A stretch of DNA of 64,000 nucleotides, taken from positions 1,428,726 to 1,492,725 of the forward strand of contig MU004198.1 in assembly GCA_010093605.1 (NCBI GenBank), read 5' to 3'. A model generated the notes under the pieces. The model was not told the origin of the DNA. It was given only the letters and a program-made list of their open reading frames with translations, and searched no databases. Made by a program: the position numbers and the translations under genes. How positions within the stretch are numbered: position 1 is the stretch's first letter; the number at the start of each line of letters is the position of its first letter. The stretch comes from Lophium mytilinum (taxonomy: Eukaryota). This document shows, in pieces, positions 11,886 through 24,428 of this stretch.

Positions 11886-13356
11886 ATGACGACCTCGAAA
11901 GAGCCCCAAAAGGTCTTAGAAGGCGTTTTCGGTACGTATCACCCGCAATTGCAACCACAAGCCCTTCAACTTTCTCTAACCAAAAATACCCACAGCTATT
12001 CACAAACCCCCCGCCATCTCCTCCGCTGAAGTAATCCGCCGCCTCCAAGCCCACTTCAACCCCTCCGCCCTCTTTCGCCCCTGGTTCGTCGCCGAACGTG
12101 CCAAAATGCGCGCCGCGAACGCAAAACCACGCCAGTTCAACCACCTCCAAGTCAAAATCGGCCATGGCGGTACGCTTGATCCACTTGCGACAGGTGTGCT
12201 CGTCATTGGTATTGGCCGCGGTACTAAGCTGTTAAGCCGGTTCTTGGAGTGCACGAAGAGCTACGAGTGCGTGGTACTCTTCGGCGCAGCAACAGACACC
12301 TATGATGTGACGGGCAAGGTGGTCAGCAAGGGCGATTATGGGCATATAACGCGAGAAAAGGTGGAGGAGGCGTTGAAGGGGTTCCGGGGGAAAATCATGC
12401 AGAAGCCGAGTGTGTTTAGTGCGCTGAAGGTTAACGGCAAGAAGATGTATGAGCTTGCGAGGGCGGGCGCTGAGTTGCCGGAGATCAAGCCCAGGGAAGT
12501 GGAGGTACTAAATCTGGAAATGGTGGAGTGGATGGAAGGGGGAATCCATGAGTATGAGTGGCCGGCCGAGGAGGTGGACGATGTGGCCCAGGCCGGTGCA
12601 CAAAAGCTGATGGGAGCGAATGCGGAGGACTTGAAGCTAGGCTTCAAGAGATTAAGGGATGACGATGATGGAGATGAGGATGTCCAGGAAGTTCAACCAG
12701 ATTCCAAGAAGTCCAAAATTGAACAGATGGACCCTGAACCTGTCATGTCAGGTGCATTGCCTGTTGAGAGTACTTCGAGACCGAGTGAAGCGCCACTGGA
12801 GACCGCGGCGAACCCTATTTCATCTACCGAAAGCAAGCCTATATTAGAACCCGCCCCTGCTGAGCCAACGGAATCAGGATCACAAGATCACTCCCCGAAA
12901 CCAAAACCCAATCCACCAGCCGCCCGCCTCACCATGACCGTAACATCCGGCTTCTACGTCCGCAGTCTCTGCCACGACCTGGGCCTTGCCCTCTCATCCT
13001 ATGGCACTATGTCCACTCTAGTTCGCTCCCGCCAAGGAGACTACACTCTGGGCCAGAACGTGTTTGAATCCGGAGAGCTAGTAAAAGGGGAGGAAGTGTG
13101 GGCCCCCCAAATCCGGGGAATGCTAGAAGAGTCTATGGGGAAAGAGGGGTGGGAGGCAACAGAAGTTGTAGTAGGGGAGAATGATGCTGGAGGATGGACT
13201 CCTAGTAGTGGAGACCACCCTGAAGGTCGAGGGATTCAAAAGCACTTTAATGGGCGGGGAAAGAACAATTGGCGAGGCAAAGGTGAACGAAGGGGTAATT
13301 ATGGCCGTGGGCGTGGAGAGGGAAATAAGAGGCGTAACTCGTCATCGCCCGAGTGA
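11886..13356 (+). CDS. PUS4: tRNA pseudouridine-55 synthase (TruB family)
   Basis: Exon 1 MTTSKEPQKVLEGVF, intron 11932-11995, then AIHKPPAISSA, KIGHGGTLDPLATGVL, QKPSVFSALKVNGKKMYELAR, VTSGFYVRSLCHDLG. Confidence 0.95.
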
Positions 13357-13901
13357 TGCTAGCACTATTGCTACCCAAATGGGATAAAGCGTTGTGAAGC
13401 TGGCAAAGCTCGCACTGTAATTTGATACAACTAGATACCCACTTAGATTACCAGAATGACTGTGCTCTGGGTGAAGCGTTGGAGCCAGTTGATGTCTGTT
13501 CTGGTGCTACTATACAGTGCCTCGTCATCAATATTCGTGAATTTTTCTACGTGAGACTGGAAACCAGGGATAGCGGAGACACTTGCATTTGGCGTACACC
13601 GTTCTATCGCTGCGTGGGGTAAGCTGGCGAGCTTACTTGCTGTCCATAAATCCGGATTTCTCTTTTGTTCAGAATGCCGAAAATACTTTGAGGCTCCCCA
13701 TGCAGGGGTGAACGAACGTACGGATGTCTATGATGAAGCATTTTACAGACAGGCCGCATTAGATGTTTATCAATAATAGGACAGGAGTGTATTCTCGTGT
13801 GTGCCAGCCATCCTTGACCAACATCTGCCGCCTCTAGGTATCATTCCAGAATGCATCCAGTCCGCATACAGCCACCCTGGCCCGCTCCGTTGTGTTACTC
13901 G

Positions 13902-14317
13902 GCACGCTAGGCAGAAAAAAAGTGGCACACTCGAGCAATTCAACACCGTCTGAGGTGGCCTGGAGAGCTATCAGGCTTCTCAAAGCTGGTATTTTATGAG
14001 TAGTGATAGTATGCTGGAGGACCTCTAGCAGTACTAAACAAGCATAGAAATACTAGAAATACCTTACAGATTTATAGACTTAATATCTACTGCTACTTAT
14101 CTATCACGTTCTCTTACAGCTACTCTACCTGGTAAGTACAGTAGGTGCTCCGGTCTGCCACTGCTTGGAGTGACTTAATATGTTTCCTCATAGCCCAAAG
14201 CTGAGAATTTCTTATTCCAAAAATGCATCGAAGCACTCCAAGCAGTGGCAGACAGATGTAGAACTAAATAAGGCAGAATACCTACCAGGTGTGCCACTTC
14301 TTTTATGCCTAGCGTGC
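13902..14317. mobile_element. Non-autonomous TIR element (MITE-like), 416 bp, probably RIP-mutated
   Basis: 29-bp terminal inverted repeats 13902-13930 (GCACGCTAGGCAGAAAAAAAGTGGCACAC) and 14289-14317, 27/29 identical. No credible internal ORF; TpA-rich interior; internal perfect 20-bp inverted repeat 14153-14172/14234-14253. No target-site duplication seen. Confidence 0.75.
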
Positions 14318-14429
14318 TCCGCCAGCCCCCTGCCCATGAACGCCGCTTGCTGAACGCCAAGAAATCAACCACCAGGTATCATAAACACAGTAAAAGAGAG
14401 AAATGCAATATAACTTGTCGAGGCAGATG

Positions 14430-16533
14430 TCAAAACCGCCGTTCGATAGCAGCAGGAATAGGCGAAGCGGCCGCCATACCTGGGAGTTGGAATGCCGTCT
14501 GCTGTGACTCTGTCATTTCGCGGATTCGCTTGATCAAGTTGCTGTAGGACAAAGTTAGCTATGTCCGTGATTTGGCTTTAATATGGCAGCGGGAACCGAC
14601 CTGACGGGTAACCTAGATCTCTGCTCCTCGCTTATCACTATCTCGAGTCGTTCTTGTCGCCGAGAAGCGTGCTCCTGAAAATGTTCTTTGATAAGGGTCT
14701 TCCCAGTCTCTGTGCTTGCGCCATAGACCTTGTGTGTGCAGCCATCAAAAGTGCACATGAAAGAGTCTCCCGGCCCGTTCGATGCATACGACGGCAGAGG
14801 ACTTGATATTATTGATGGGAGGAATGCAGGGCTGGTGGATTTGACAGAGTTGGCATTAGAGCTTCTCCAGCGGAGTGGTAGAGGATCACTGACTGCCTCA
14901 GTAGTAGAAGAGGATGGCGACGACGGGGGAGAGTTCAGATCGTTGCTCTCGCTTGCAGCTCGTTTTCGTGGGTTGGCCAAAGTCTCATTTACAGAACCTT
15001 TTCGCTTCGTAGGAGAGTATGAATCCAATTCCATGGGTTCGCCATCCTCGCTGTCGCCCTCGCCGGGCTCGTTAATGATAGGAATGGGCGCTGTAGTTTT
15101 CCCTTTTTTGCCTTTATTTCCCTTGCCAGCTATCTTGCTACCTTTGGGTCTCAGGCCGCCCTTGTGAGAGTGCCGGTGTCTTCGCGTTCCATCATCGGAA
15201 GAGGAAGAGGAGCTCTGGTCGCTTGCCTCGTCCTCACTGGAGTCTTGGTCTAAAGGCACTTTCCGGGGGATGAGCACCAGTTGCGAGGCAATTCTGATGG
15301 TAGCTGCTGGTAAAGTGTTGGACTCCAACTCTTCGAAGATAGGTTCGTGAACAAAATGCAGCATAGTCTTCCGTCTCGGATGTTGCATAATATATCGGAG
15401 GTTCGAGCCATGAGCCTGGAGATAATGACCTGCTTGCCCTTCGCTCTCGATCTCATACTTCTGGACTACCTCTTTCGCGATGCTGCTCACCGTGACTTCT
15501 CCTGGTTTCAAATGACCCTGCGCAAATGCTTTCTGCATCAATTCCCATATTGCAGTAGCCTCCCACCAGTTATCATCCTTCTTGGGCACGCTTGGAAGAT
15601 TCTCCTTCTTCGAAGCGGTCTTCTTGGGCGGCTGAGCGGAACTTGAGGAGGTGGTTGCGCCAGAAGTTTTCACTTTAGACTGTTTCTTCGAAGCCGCGTC
15701 GTTCTTTTCACTGATCTTATCGCGTACCGCCTGGAAATCTGCCTGTTGTTGTGTCAGCAAGCTTATCCCCAAATCGTGTGCGTATATACTGCCACATACC
15801 GGGAATCGCGCCTTCAAATGTTGGTACAGTGGCGTGTTACTCCAGCCAATGCCCTCAGATCGTTTGAGCATAGCCTCCATTAAGAATGACCTATGGGAGT
15901 AGAAAGTCTCGGAAGCTTCCTCCTTGCTATGGCACTGGAAACGGGGTTCCTCAGCGTACTGCGAACTGTTAGCATGGCCATCGCAGTCAAATAATCAACT
16001 TCTTACTTCTTGAAATATCAATTCTGCGCTGGGTCCTCCACCTCTTTTCCTAGGCTGTGAATATATGTCTGCCGCAAAGTATAGGATCTCAATCGCTTCC
16101 ACCATCTCCTGGTATGTGTCCCGATAGACGCGCGACGGACGAATCTCCAGCCATCCCGAGCTCCCCAGCGCCCATATCATAATCTCCTTAGTCTTGAGTG
16201 TTTGGCCCCATGCGAAGCGTGTCACATTCCTAACCTCGACGGTAACGGCCTTGCGGTACGGACGGTTGACAACTGTAGTCACATTGCGTTAGTACTTGAA
16301 TCGTGGCCTCGGAGACGTGAGTTCTTACGGTACTTCTGCTGCTCGCGCGGAGGCGGGTCCAGCTTCCCCTCTACTGTCACCGGGTTGTCTGCATATGCAT
16401 CGAGAAGATTGGCCGGTTTCCCGGTCTTCGGGTTGCAGACTTGCGCGTTGGAAAGTGTAAATAGCTCGTAATCGTCCGGGTTAGAGATGGATGGGTCTAC
16501 TGGTTTCAGAATATCGAGTTCCGGAACAGCCAT
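14430..16533 (-). CDS. RFTS (DNMT1-RFD) plus C-terminal C2H2-like protein, Raf2/DIM-7-like heterochromatin factor
   Basis: N-terminal exons (DDYELFTLSNAQV...ANLLDAYADNPVTVEGKL; IWALGSSGWLEIRPS..YQEMVEAIEILYF) resemble RFTS. C-terminal CTFDGC..HFQEH and last exon NLIKRIRE. The architecture matches S. pombe Raf2; orthology is inferred, not tested. Confidence 0.75.
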
Positions 16534-16906
16534 GGTGTTTGCGCGACTACTATCATGCTGCCGTCGTGATTTGGGGCGGATTGCGACAGTGAGAAGAGAT
16601 GCGCGTGCGATTTTGAGAGGAGGGGCAGGCAAGTACCCGTCCACTTTACGCGCTCTTGAGTTTGGTCACGTGGATGCCGAGAAATACAGTGCTTTGGTGG
16701 ACCACTTCGCCTCACTTTGTTCGCTTTCATTTCTACTTAACGTCGCTATCGACAACTAAACCTCTCGTCGAATCGCACTAGATAGGTAACATGCAAGATA
16801 TGATACGCAAGATTTGGTTAATTTTTCAAAGCTTTACTTCCAAGACCTCTTTTACCAAATTTTCAAAATAGATTTCTCTAGAATGCCGACGTGTCCCCTT
16901 GCATTT

Positions 16907-17727
16907 TCACCTCTGAGCAATCACTCTGACTTCCCGACCAGCCTCTTCGATGAGGACTTGAGCGGTCCATTCAGGCTTGCTGATGAACGGAAAATGCCCA
17001 CTGTCCACCTTGATGATCCGGTCTATCTTGTGCGTTCCACTTTCTTTGGCCGTTTCGAGAAGACGCCGCTGCCCAATGAGAGTAGCAGGTCTATCTCTCG
17101 TGCACTCAACGTAAGTCGTCGGAATGTAACGCCAGGCAGCGTACGTGGTTGCACTCTGAAACGACCCTAAGCTTTGGGTTTGGAGGTCCTTCGCAAGCTC
17201 TGCAACCTCATGGTCGTCCAGATCTTGGTAGAACATGCCCTTTGCATCTTCAGGCCCGTAATTGACGAAGCCAGCCTGTAGAAAAAGGTCAGAAACTATC
17301 AACAGGATGCGGTGAGGCGCCACATATCGATATAGGACTTCATGTTTTCTTCAGCCCCTGGAGGAAACAGCCGGGACCCCTCCTGCGCGAGGAAAGCAGC
17401 TAGGTAGACTAGTCTCACGACGCCCCCCTTGAGACCTTTGGAAAAACACGCTGCTTTATCGAGACCCTCCAAGGCAGTGCCACCGGCCAGACCACTGAAG
17501 CTGTGCATGACAACTACAATGTCACGTTCCTGGGCGAGTTTGGAGATCATGCTGCGAATGATGTCGATATCAGCCTTTAAGTCCGGAACAGGAGGAGTAG
17601 ATCCAGAGGAAGGCAGCGCGGGGGCGGAGGCTGAATAGCCTGCCTTTTCGAGTTCAACAATGAGGCGATCCCAACACTTGGGGCCATGCCACGCGCCATG
17701 AAGGAGAACGAAGACTGGCTTGGACAT
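16907..17727 (-). CDS. Alpha/beta hydrolase (methylesterase-like), possibly frameshifted
   Basis: VLLHGAWHGPKCW, nucleophile elbow MHSFSG, RLVYLAAF, AWRYIPTTYVECTRD, DSGHFPFISKP. The two halves lack a phase-compatible intron (see findings). Confidence 0.8.
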
Positions 17728-18199
17728 GATGAAGATGTCTATGAGACTGAGGTACTTCGAGGAAAAGATGTACACGCTAGATTGAGGAAAGCTCGTAGAT
17801 TAAGTATGGGAGGTAAGCTGTATATGGTGCTGACATACTGTGCCTCTCCCTTCAACATCAGCTTACCTGCGTTCTTACTCATCTACTCAAAATAGGCGAT
17901 TACTTGTCTTCTTTCCACTAGCCTCACACAATGACCGAACATAGGTTTACTTCATTGTTACTGGAGTGTTTCAGACGTCGTATTTTCTGTTTTTCTCTCT
18001 AGTTCACTCGAGTGCTCTAGAAGCTCCTCTTTCCTTTCTAGTCACATCACTATGGCAAGTTTGATAAATCTAAGTGTCATGATTCTTTGTGACCTGGAAA
18101 CATCAGTCATGTATAATAGGAAACAAATCACTGTCACTATCATCAACATCGCTCTCAGAGCACCAGTATCACCTTCTCCATCCCCCTCCTCCATCCGTC

Positions 18200-19296
18200 A
18201 TGGCGCAATCAAAACGCTACCGCCTAGAAGACATCCCTAACAAAGGGCGCGGCGTCCGCGCCGACGTCGACGAAATCAAGCCCGGTACGGAAATCATGCA
18301 TGAAACCGCCCTCTTCTCGATCCCCATCGCGACAGGACCCGCCGCCTGGAACACCGCAGCGCAGGAAGCTTGGTTCAACATCGAGCGCACCGGCAAAACT
18401 TCCTACATCGCCAATGCCATCAACGCCCTCTCCCCAACCGACCGCGCTCTCTTCCGCTCCCTCTCTGCTGGCGCCGACCCCAATCTCAGCGCCTCCGCCG
18501 CCGACATCGCGCGCGTCGAGCGCAACTACTTCTCCCTGGCAATATCGAGCACACCGCGATCCGCATCGTGGTAATCCGCGAAACATGCTTCTTCAACCAC
18601 TCGTGCCGGCCCAACGCCGCCGCCGTGCAGGGGGGGTGGGAAGCGGGAGCCGTGCCCGACAACCGCGTCGTGGCGTTGACCAAGATCAAGAAGAACGACG
18701 AGATCGTCATCGACTACTTCACCAACGCGCAGACGTACACGACCGCGCTCGATCGCGCGCAGCAGTCTCTCGGCGGGCCGTGCAAGTTCACGTGCGACTG
18801 CGTGAGCTGCAAAAAAGACCGAGTTGAGTCAGACCGTAATCGCGCGGAGATGTTGCTGAGGAGGAAGCAGCTGGGAATGAAGGAACCGAAGAATGGAGGG
18901 GTGCCGGAAATGAAGATGCCTAGGCGGAGAGCAGCGACGACGGAGTTGGAGTGGCTGCCGACGGTGCCGTTTGCGTACGAGAAGCTGCCGAAGGACGGGA
19001 AGAAGATGAAGAAGGCCGACTGCGTGAACAGAGTGTGGCTGGCGGAGCGGCAGTGTGAGTTGTTCATTGCGGAGGGGATTCTGGATGTTAGGCTGGCGGA
19101 GGCGTATCATATCCTTGCGAGCGCGTATGTAAGGAATGACGACTTACAGAAGGCGTTGGCCGCGTGTGGAAATGGGATTGCGATTTTGATGGCGACGTAT
19201 GGGAAGAGGATGCATGGGAAGGATTTGGATGATATGAATGAGACGTTGGGGGAAATCTGTATGTTGATGCGGGAGAAGTTGAAGTGGTTTGAATGA
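18200..19296 (+). CDS. SET-domain (SMYD-like) lysine methyltransferase, apparent frameshift near 18540
   Basis: N-SET KGRGVRA..IKPGTEIMHE in one frame; FFNHSCRPNA, EIVIDY, post-SET FTCDCVSC and a TPR-like tail in another frame. Confidence 0.8.
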
Positions 19297-19690
19297 TTCG
19301 GGAGATTGGGAAGGAGACGTATAGCTTGAACGCTTTGCCGTGAAAATGGAGCAAGTTCGACTTCGCTAACGTCAAACGGCGAATGTATATCGTATTCGTC
19401 TCACTGATAGATGATTAAAAGTTCAATAGCAGCAGAAAATTGAGTGCAGACGCTTTTCGAATTGGTTATTCTACGACCAAGTCAGAGAGCCTTCATTGGC
19501 CTCTAATGCCGAAAATCAGGCGTTCGAAGTCCTAGCCAACACACATAAGACAGTCATGTCCTCACTAGCCAGGCTTAGGAATCATATACAGCCACAGTGT
19601 GAACCCACGCACCCGTGACACCAAACTCCAAAGCCCTTTTGACATCAATGATTCCACAAAAGAAGAAAGCCCTCCCCCATTCTCGCTGCC

Positions 19691-20542
19691 TCACTTCGTC
19701 ACCCCCTCCGATGCCTTCAACACCAGCTTCACCAGCCCTCCATACACCTCTGCATACTCCTTCTTCTCATCCGCATCTACCTCCGCACCTTTCTTTCCCG
19801 GCAGCCGGTCCTTGGACACCATGACCACACTAGTTGGCCGCTTCGTAGCACCCGCGGCACCTAGCTCAGCGCGCGACGTGACGTAGATGTAGGGAATGTT
19901 GTGGTCCTCACAGAGAACGGGGAGATGCGAGATAACATCCATGGGCGAGATATCAGCCGCGATGATGACGACGCCGGCGGGGTTCTTGGAGTTGACGGAC
20001 GTGATAGCTTCGGTTTCGGACTTTCGGAGGGCCTTGACGACTTCTTTGACGCCACGCTTGAGAGTCTTGTGTTTGGCCGCTATAGACAATTCGTTAGCTG
20101 TGTTCATCGCAGCTTCATGGAGTACTGAGTAGGCGAAGAAGCTGAGAGTCCCGCGCACGAGACATCTCCCTTCCTAGACGAAAATGCACACACCCTTTTT
20201 AACACTCTTCATGACCTTCTTCGTCTGCTTATCGTCGGCAAGCGGGTTCGCAAACGGCACCACCGCGCCCACTATAGGTCCAGCAGGCGCTTCCGCATCG
20301 CTCATATCCGCATCACCATCCTCGTCCACCTTCGCCTTTAACCTGATGACAGTCTCAGTCTCCACAGGCGCCGGCGACGTCTCCGAATCCAGCTCCGCCT
20401 CAAGCAGCTCCGTCACATCGCTCTTGCGCTTCTCCTTCTTTTCCTTCTTGTCCTTTTTCGACTTCTTGCTCACGCCGTTGACTTCGGTAAGCTTCTCCTT
20501 CTTCTCTTTCCGGTCCTTCTTCTCGGACTTGTCTTTGCCCAT
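19691..20542 (-). CDS. NHP2: H/ACA snoRNP subunit Nhp2 (L7Ae family) with KKE-rich N-terminal extension
   Basis: VPFANPLAD..KK|AAKHKTLKRGVKEVVKALRK, IAADISPMDVISHLPVLCEDHNIPYIYV, LGAAGATKRPTS. Intron 20080-20193. Confidence 0.95.
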
Positions 20543-21771
20543 GGTGAAGAATTGCGATTGGGTTCTAGGAATGGACGTTCGTGGTTGGGTAGGAATTGGG
20601 GTGGAGTTGTGGTCGTGGAGCTTGGTCGCCGTGTGCGAAGCTTCTGCTGTGAGCTTTTTTGCGGTTCCAAAATTTTGATTCGCGCGCTAGATGCGGACTA
20701 GCGGGCTTGGCGAACACCTCGCCCCAGCTCGTATCGACCAGGATCCGAGCTTTCAGGTATCAGCTTGTCGAAAGGTCTGATTCGCATGCTCATCATATGC
20801 GCAACGTTGGACCGCTTTTGGGGTCGCTCTTCAAATTGCCCTGCCATGTGAAGTCAATGTCTCAACATGTGATTCACGCCATCACAATTGGGCATGTGAA
20901 TCAGATTGCAGACTGTACACGTAAGCACCCTTGACAGCGGCGATGGGGCGGCTTGGTTTTCACTTCTGTTAAGCAGATATTCAATGCGATAGAAATCGTC
21001 CCATCAGGTTATCTGCATTCCACACATTGCACATATTAATTCACAGCGTCAAGCACATAGAACAGACATGACCAGCAAAACTCCACTTTGCGAAAGCTAC
21101 TTATACAGACTATCAGGAAGAGTCCCATACACCTCCTCTTTGTCCAATTTGCAAATCAACGGAGCGCAACTACCACCAAAAGATGCTGCCAGACGCTGAG
21201 GAAAGCATAGATAGGAGCAAGCTGAAAGCAAAGCAACGCACAGCGAACATGGTATATGCAATAGATGGAAAAAGCCAGAAGCGAAGACAAAGAAAACATA
21301 CGGCCGAGAGGAGACAAGGTATTACCGCGCAGCAAATATGCTGGCTTGAGGACCACAGGAGAAGAACACACATGTGGTACCAGCCAGCAGAGAGTGCCTT
21401 TTGTGAAAAGACACTAAGAGGGTATGAGAGTCGAAGAGATATTAGAGAGGTCTCACAAGACCACCAGATGAGGAGTGAACACGAGCCCGAGTGTGTATGT
21501 TACCCCGACCGCCCACCCCGTGTTCGCCATTAGCCCGCCGTCCGAACAGCCAGACGAAATACCGACAAGAGGAAACCACACGAAATCAGAAAGCCACGCT
21601 CCGTGTATGCAAGTGGAAAACAAGCCGAACTCCCGGCGATGCTCCGACTAGAAGACAGGAGATCTCGGGACAACGGAAAGTGGAAGACCAGTCTAATGAT
21701 GAAATTGGATACCAAGGAAATGATCAAAGGAAACACGTAAAAGTCGTTAAGCTGAGATACCAAACTAGAGT

Positions 21772-24428
21772 CTAGTATGCAACTTGCATTTCCATCACTT
21801 GAACACCCTGAGATGTTAGTGATGGAGTAGGAGATCCGGATCGAGATGAGATGGCGTCCTCGTAGCCAACGAGTGCTTGAGAATGAAGCTTGAAGGATTC
21901 ACCCATGAGTTTGGTGATACTATCAACGGTTAGTCAAATGTTTGAAAGGTTACCAGAGAGATCAAACATACCCCCAGACGACGACCTCGTCGATCATGCT
22001 TCCCCAAAGCCTCGCTACGGTGGAACTAAGCTTGGCACCGTAAACATCGGCTGAATCGTCATCGAACAGATTGCTGAGCTTGTTGTACATGGCTGTTTCT
22101 TCCTCGGTGGCAGGTTCTTCGTCATGTTCCAGACGATAGAGCCACAAAGTAAGAATAACCATAAGATCCATGCCGCATAGTGGGTGCTCGATACTCCAAT
22201 TGGTAGCTGATGTTCTTGCAACCCAGCGGATGCCTTGGAGTGCAGCTACCTCGATGCAATCGAAACACTCTGAGATGACCTTGAGCATTTCTTGCGAACG
22301 CTGGACCTTATCCCGGGCATTAGTCATAGCAGCAGCAACTTCGTAGGAGTCGTGATACCGAAGTGCCTCTTGCACCGATTTGAGATCCACGACAAGGCGA
22401 GCCCGAGTGTTTCGATACATGGCCATGGCGTTGAAGATCAGTGGATGACCTTTGTGAGGCGCGCTCAAGGAGACCACAACGGTTTCGGGCTCACAAAGTT
22501 CCAGCGATTTTTCCCACGTTTCAAGAGCCAGACGAAGTTTGTACTCGGTCACAACATCCTGGAGCGCCTCAGGGCTCCGCTTGTGGTACCAAACCTCGAG
22601 GAACAAGGCGTTGATCATAACGCGGGTGGCGAAGGCGCTGTAACGGGCTGGCTCTCCTCGGAACAAATTATCATGTGCTTGCCGGAAAGACAGAGTGTTA
22701 GAGGCGGCGAGGGTTTCCTTCCAGGAGTCCTCGTCTGACAGTCCAGCATCCCAAAGAGATTCTGAAGAAGGTAGCTCTAAGGAGTCGAACTCATTGAAAC
22801 CCATGGCAGGCGTGTGATTGTAGGTCAGAGTAAGAAGACCAAAGAAGATATACACGGCGTAGTACGTGCGTCGGCATTGCTCGTCCTCAATCCACTCCTC
22901 GTGTTTGGGCTGCGCACCGCCACGAGCTTCTGTTCGGAGCTTAAGCTCGTACCTGTTACCGGCGACCATCTAGATACTATTAGCCTGTGTCAACGTAAGC
23001 AATGGAGCTGTAACTTACATTAGCTAGTAAGCTCTTTATCGAACAAGCCCACTCGAGGCCCTTAGGGTCGCCACTCCAGCTAGCAAATATCATGTTCAGC
23101 AGCGTGCTTTGCATGGTCCACAACGGGCACTTCCTAGAGCTGAAATTTTCCTTGTTCTGCAGGAACTGGTTGATGAGCACCTTCGAGCCGATATGAAGCA
23201 TGTACGCCTGGTCCTGGTCAAAGGTGTACAGGGCGCCGATGGATAGCACTGCGAGAAGAAGTGGCGCAGATACTTCAGACGGCTTGAAGGAGCCTGGGTG
23301 CAGGAACGGCAAGTGATGGTGGAACAGCGTGAAGTAGGTGTGCAAATAGCGGTTCAGGACAGCCCTATTGGGAAGGCGGAACGTGTCGAGTAGCGCCGTC
23401 TCGTTGTCAAAGACCCTGATGTTCTCGAAGATCTGTGCACAAGCTTCTTCAGAGTCGACTTGCGGTGGCTTGGTCGTGGTGCAGTGCTGGGGAGGGCCGG
23501 GAGACCTTCGATAGTCGACAGGCGAGACAGGGCCGAGCATAGGGTACGGCGACAGCGCACCAGGTGTCCCAATGCCATTTCCGGGCACAGAGTTATCCAA
23601 CGGTCGGAACACCATGGCATCGCTGCCGGACATTTGTCGTTCCATGATCGGGGGTAGTTGATGCGGGTGCGTCTGCATCGATCCGCCACTCGATGACATC
23701 GAGTTCGATTTCGGCTGCGGCAGCATCGAGTCCCACGGCATTTGAGGCAGGGAGACAGCGCCGGACGGGTAGCTGACGGCCGGCTCAAGAAGGGCGGGGC
23801 CGTTGGACGAGATGACCGTTTCTGGCCCGTCGCCCACGATTTCCGGCTCCTGGCTGGCCATCGCCTTGTGATGGAAGTCAGTCATCAGCATGGCAGCCGT
23901 CTCGATATCAACCATCCCGTCGCTACTGGCCTCGATCTGCTCCAGAGTCGCCGTGTCAATGGGCATAGCCGTCTTGGATGGGCCAGACACCGCTGCCTCT
24001 GGAGCCTTTGTGGTTGTCCGACGCTTTACTTCGCTGTGCAGCGGCACGCCACCATCCTTTGCGTGTACGGTGCGGTCGTGACGCAACAGGAGATCGCGAC
24101 GCACGAAGGTGCTGCGACATTTCATGCACTTGAAGGGGCGTTCCTTTGTATCTGTTTCGATGAGGGGCATTAGCAACTTTACTTTGGTTCTGCTCTCCCC
24201 GCATCGCGCATCGCGTTCGCGACAGCGCCACCTCCGGCATCAAAACAAACGGGACTCGAGGGTGCGACAGGACTTACGTGATCGCTCGTGCCGGCTACGA
24301 TGCTCGCTGCGACTGAATGCGCGGTTGCAGAACTGGCACTTGTACTTCTTCTCGGGCGCAGAGGCCGTCTTGCGGGTCGCGGCAGGCGACGAGGCGGCAG
24401 ACGCGAGGGTCATGTCTGCGGCGGGCAT
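21772..24428 (-). CDS. Two-finger C2H2 transcription factor with fungal TF middle domain
   Basis: YKCQFCNRAFSRSEHRSRHERS|HTKERPFKCMKCRSTFVRRDLLLRHDRTVH; YFTLFHHHLPFLH, LLLAVLSIGALY, EQCRRTYYAVY. Three introns; the last exon ends ...MQVAY* at 21772. Confidence 0.92.

Noticed and set aside
4682..20542. Functional cluster of RNA-processing genes (SMD3, PUS4, NHP2)
   Set aside because: They are interspersed with unrelated genes; compatible with ordinary housekeeping gene order.
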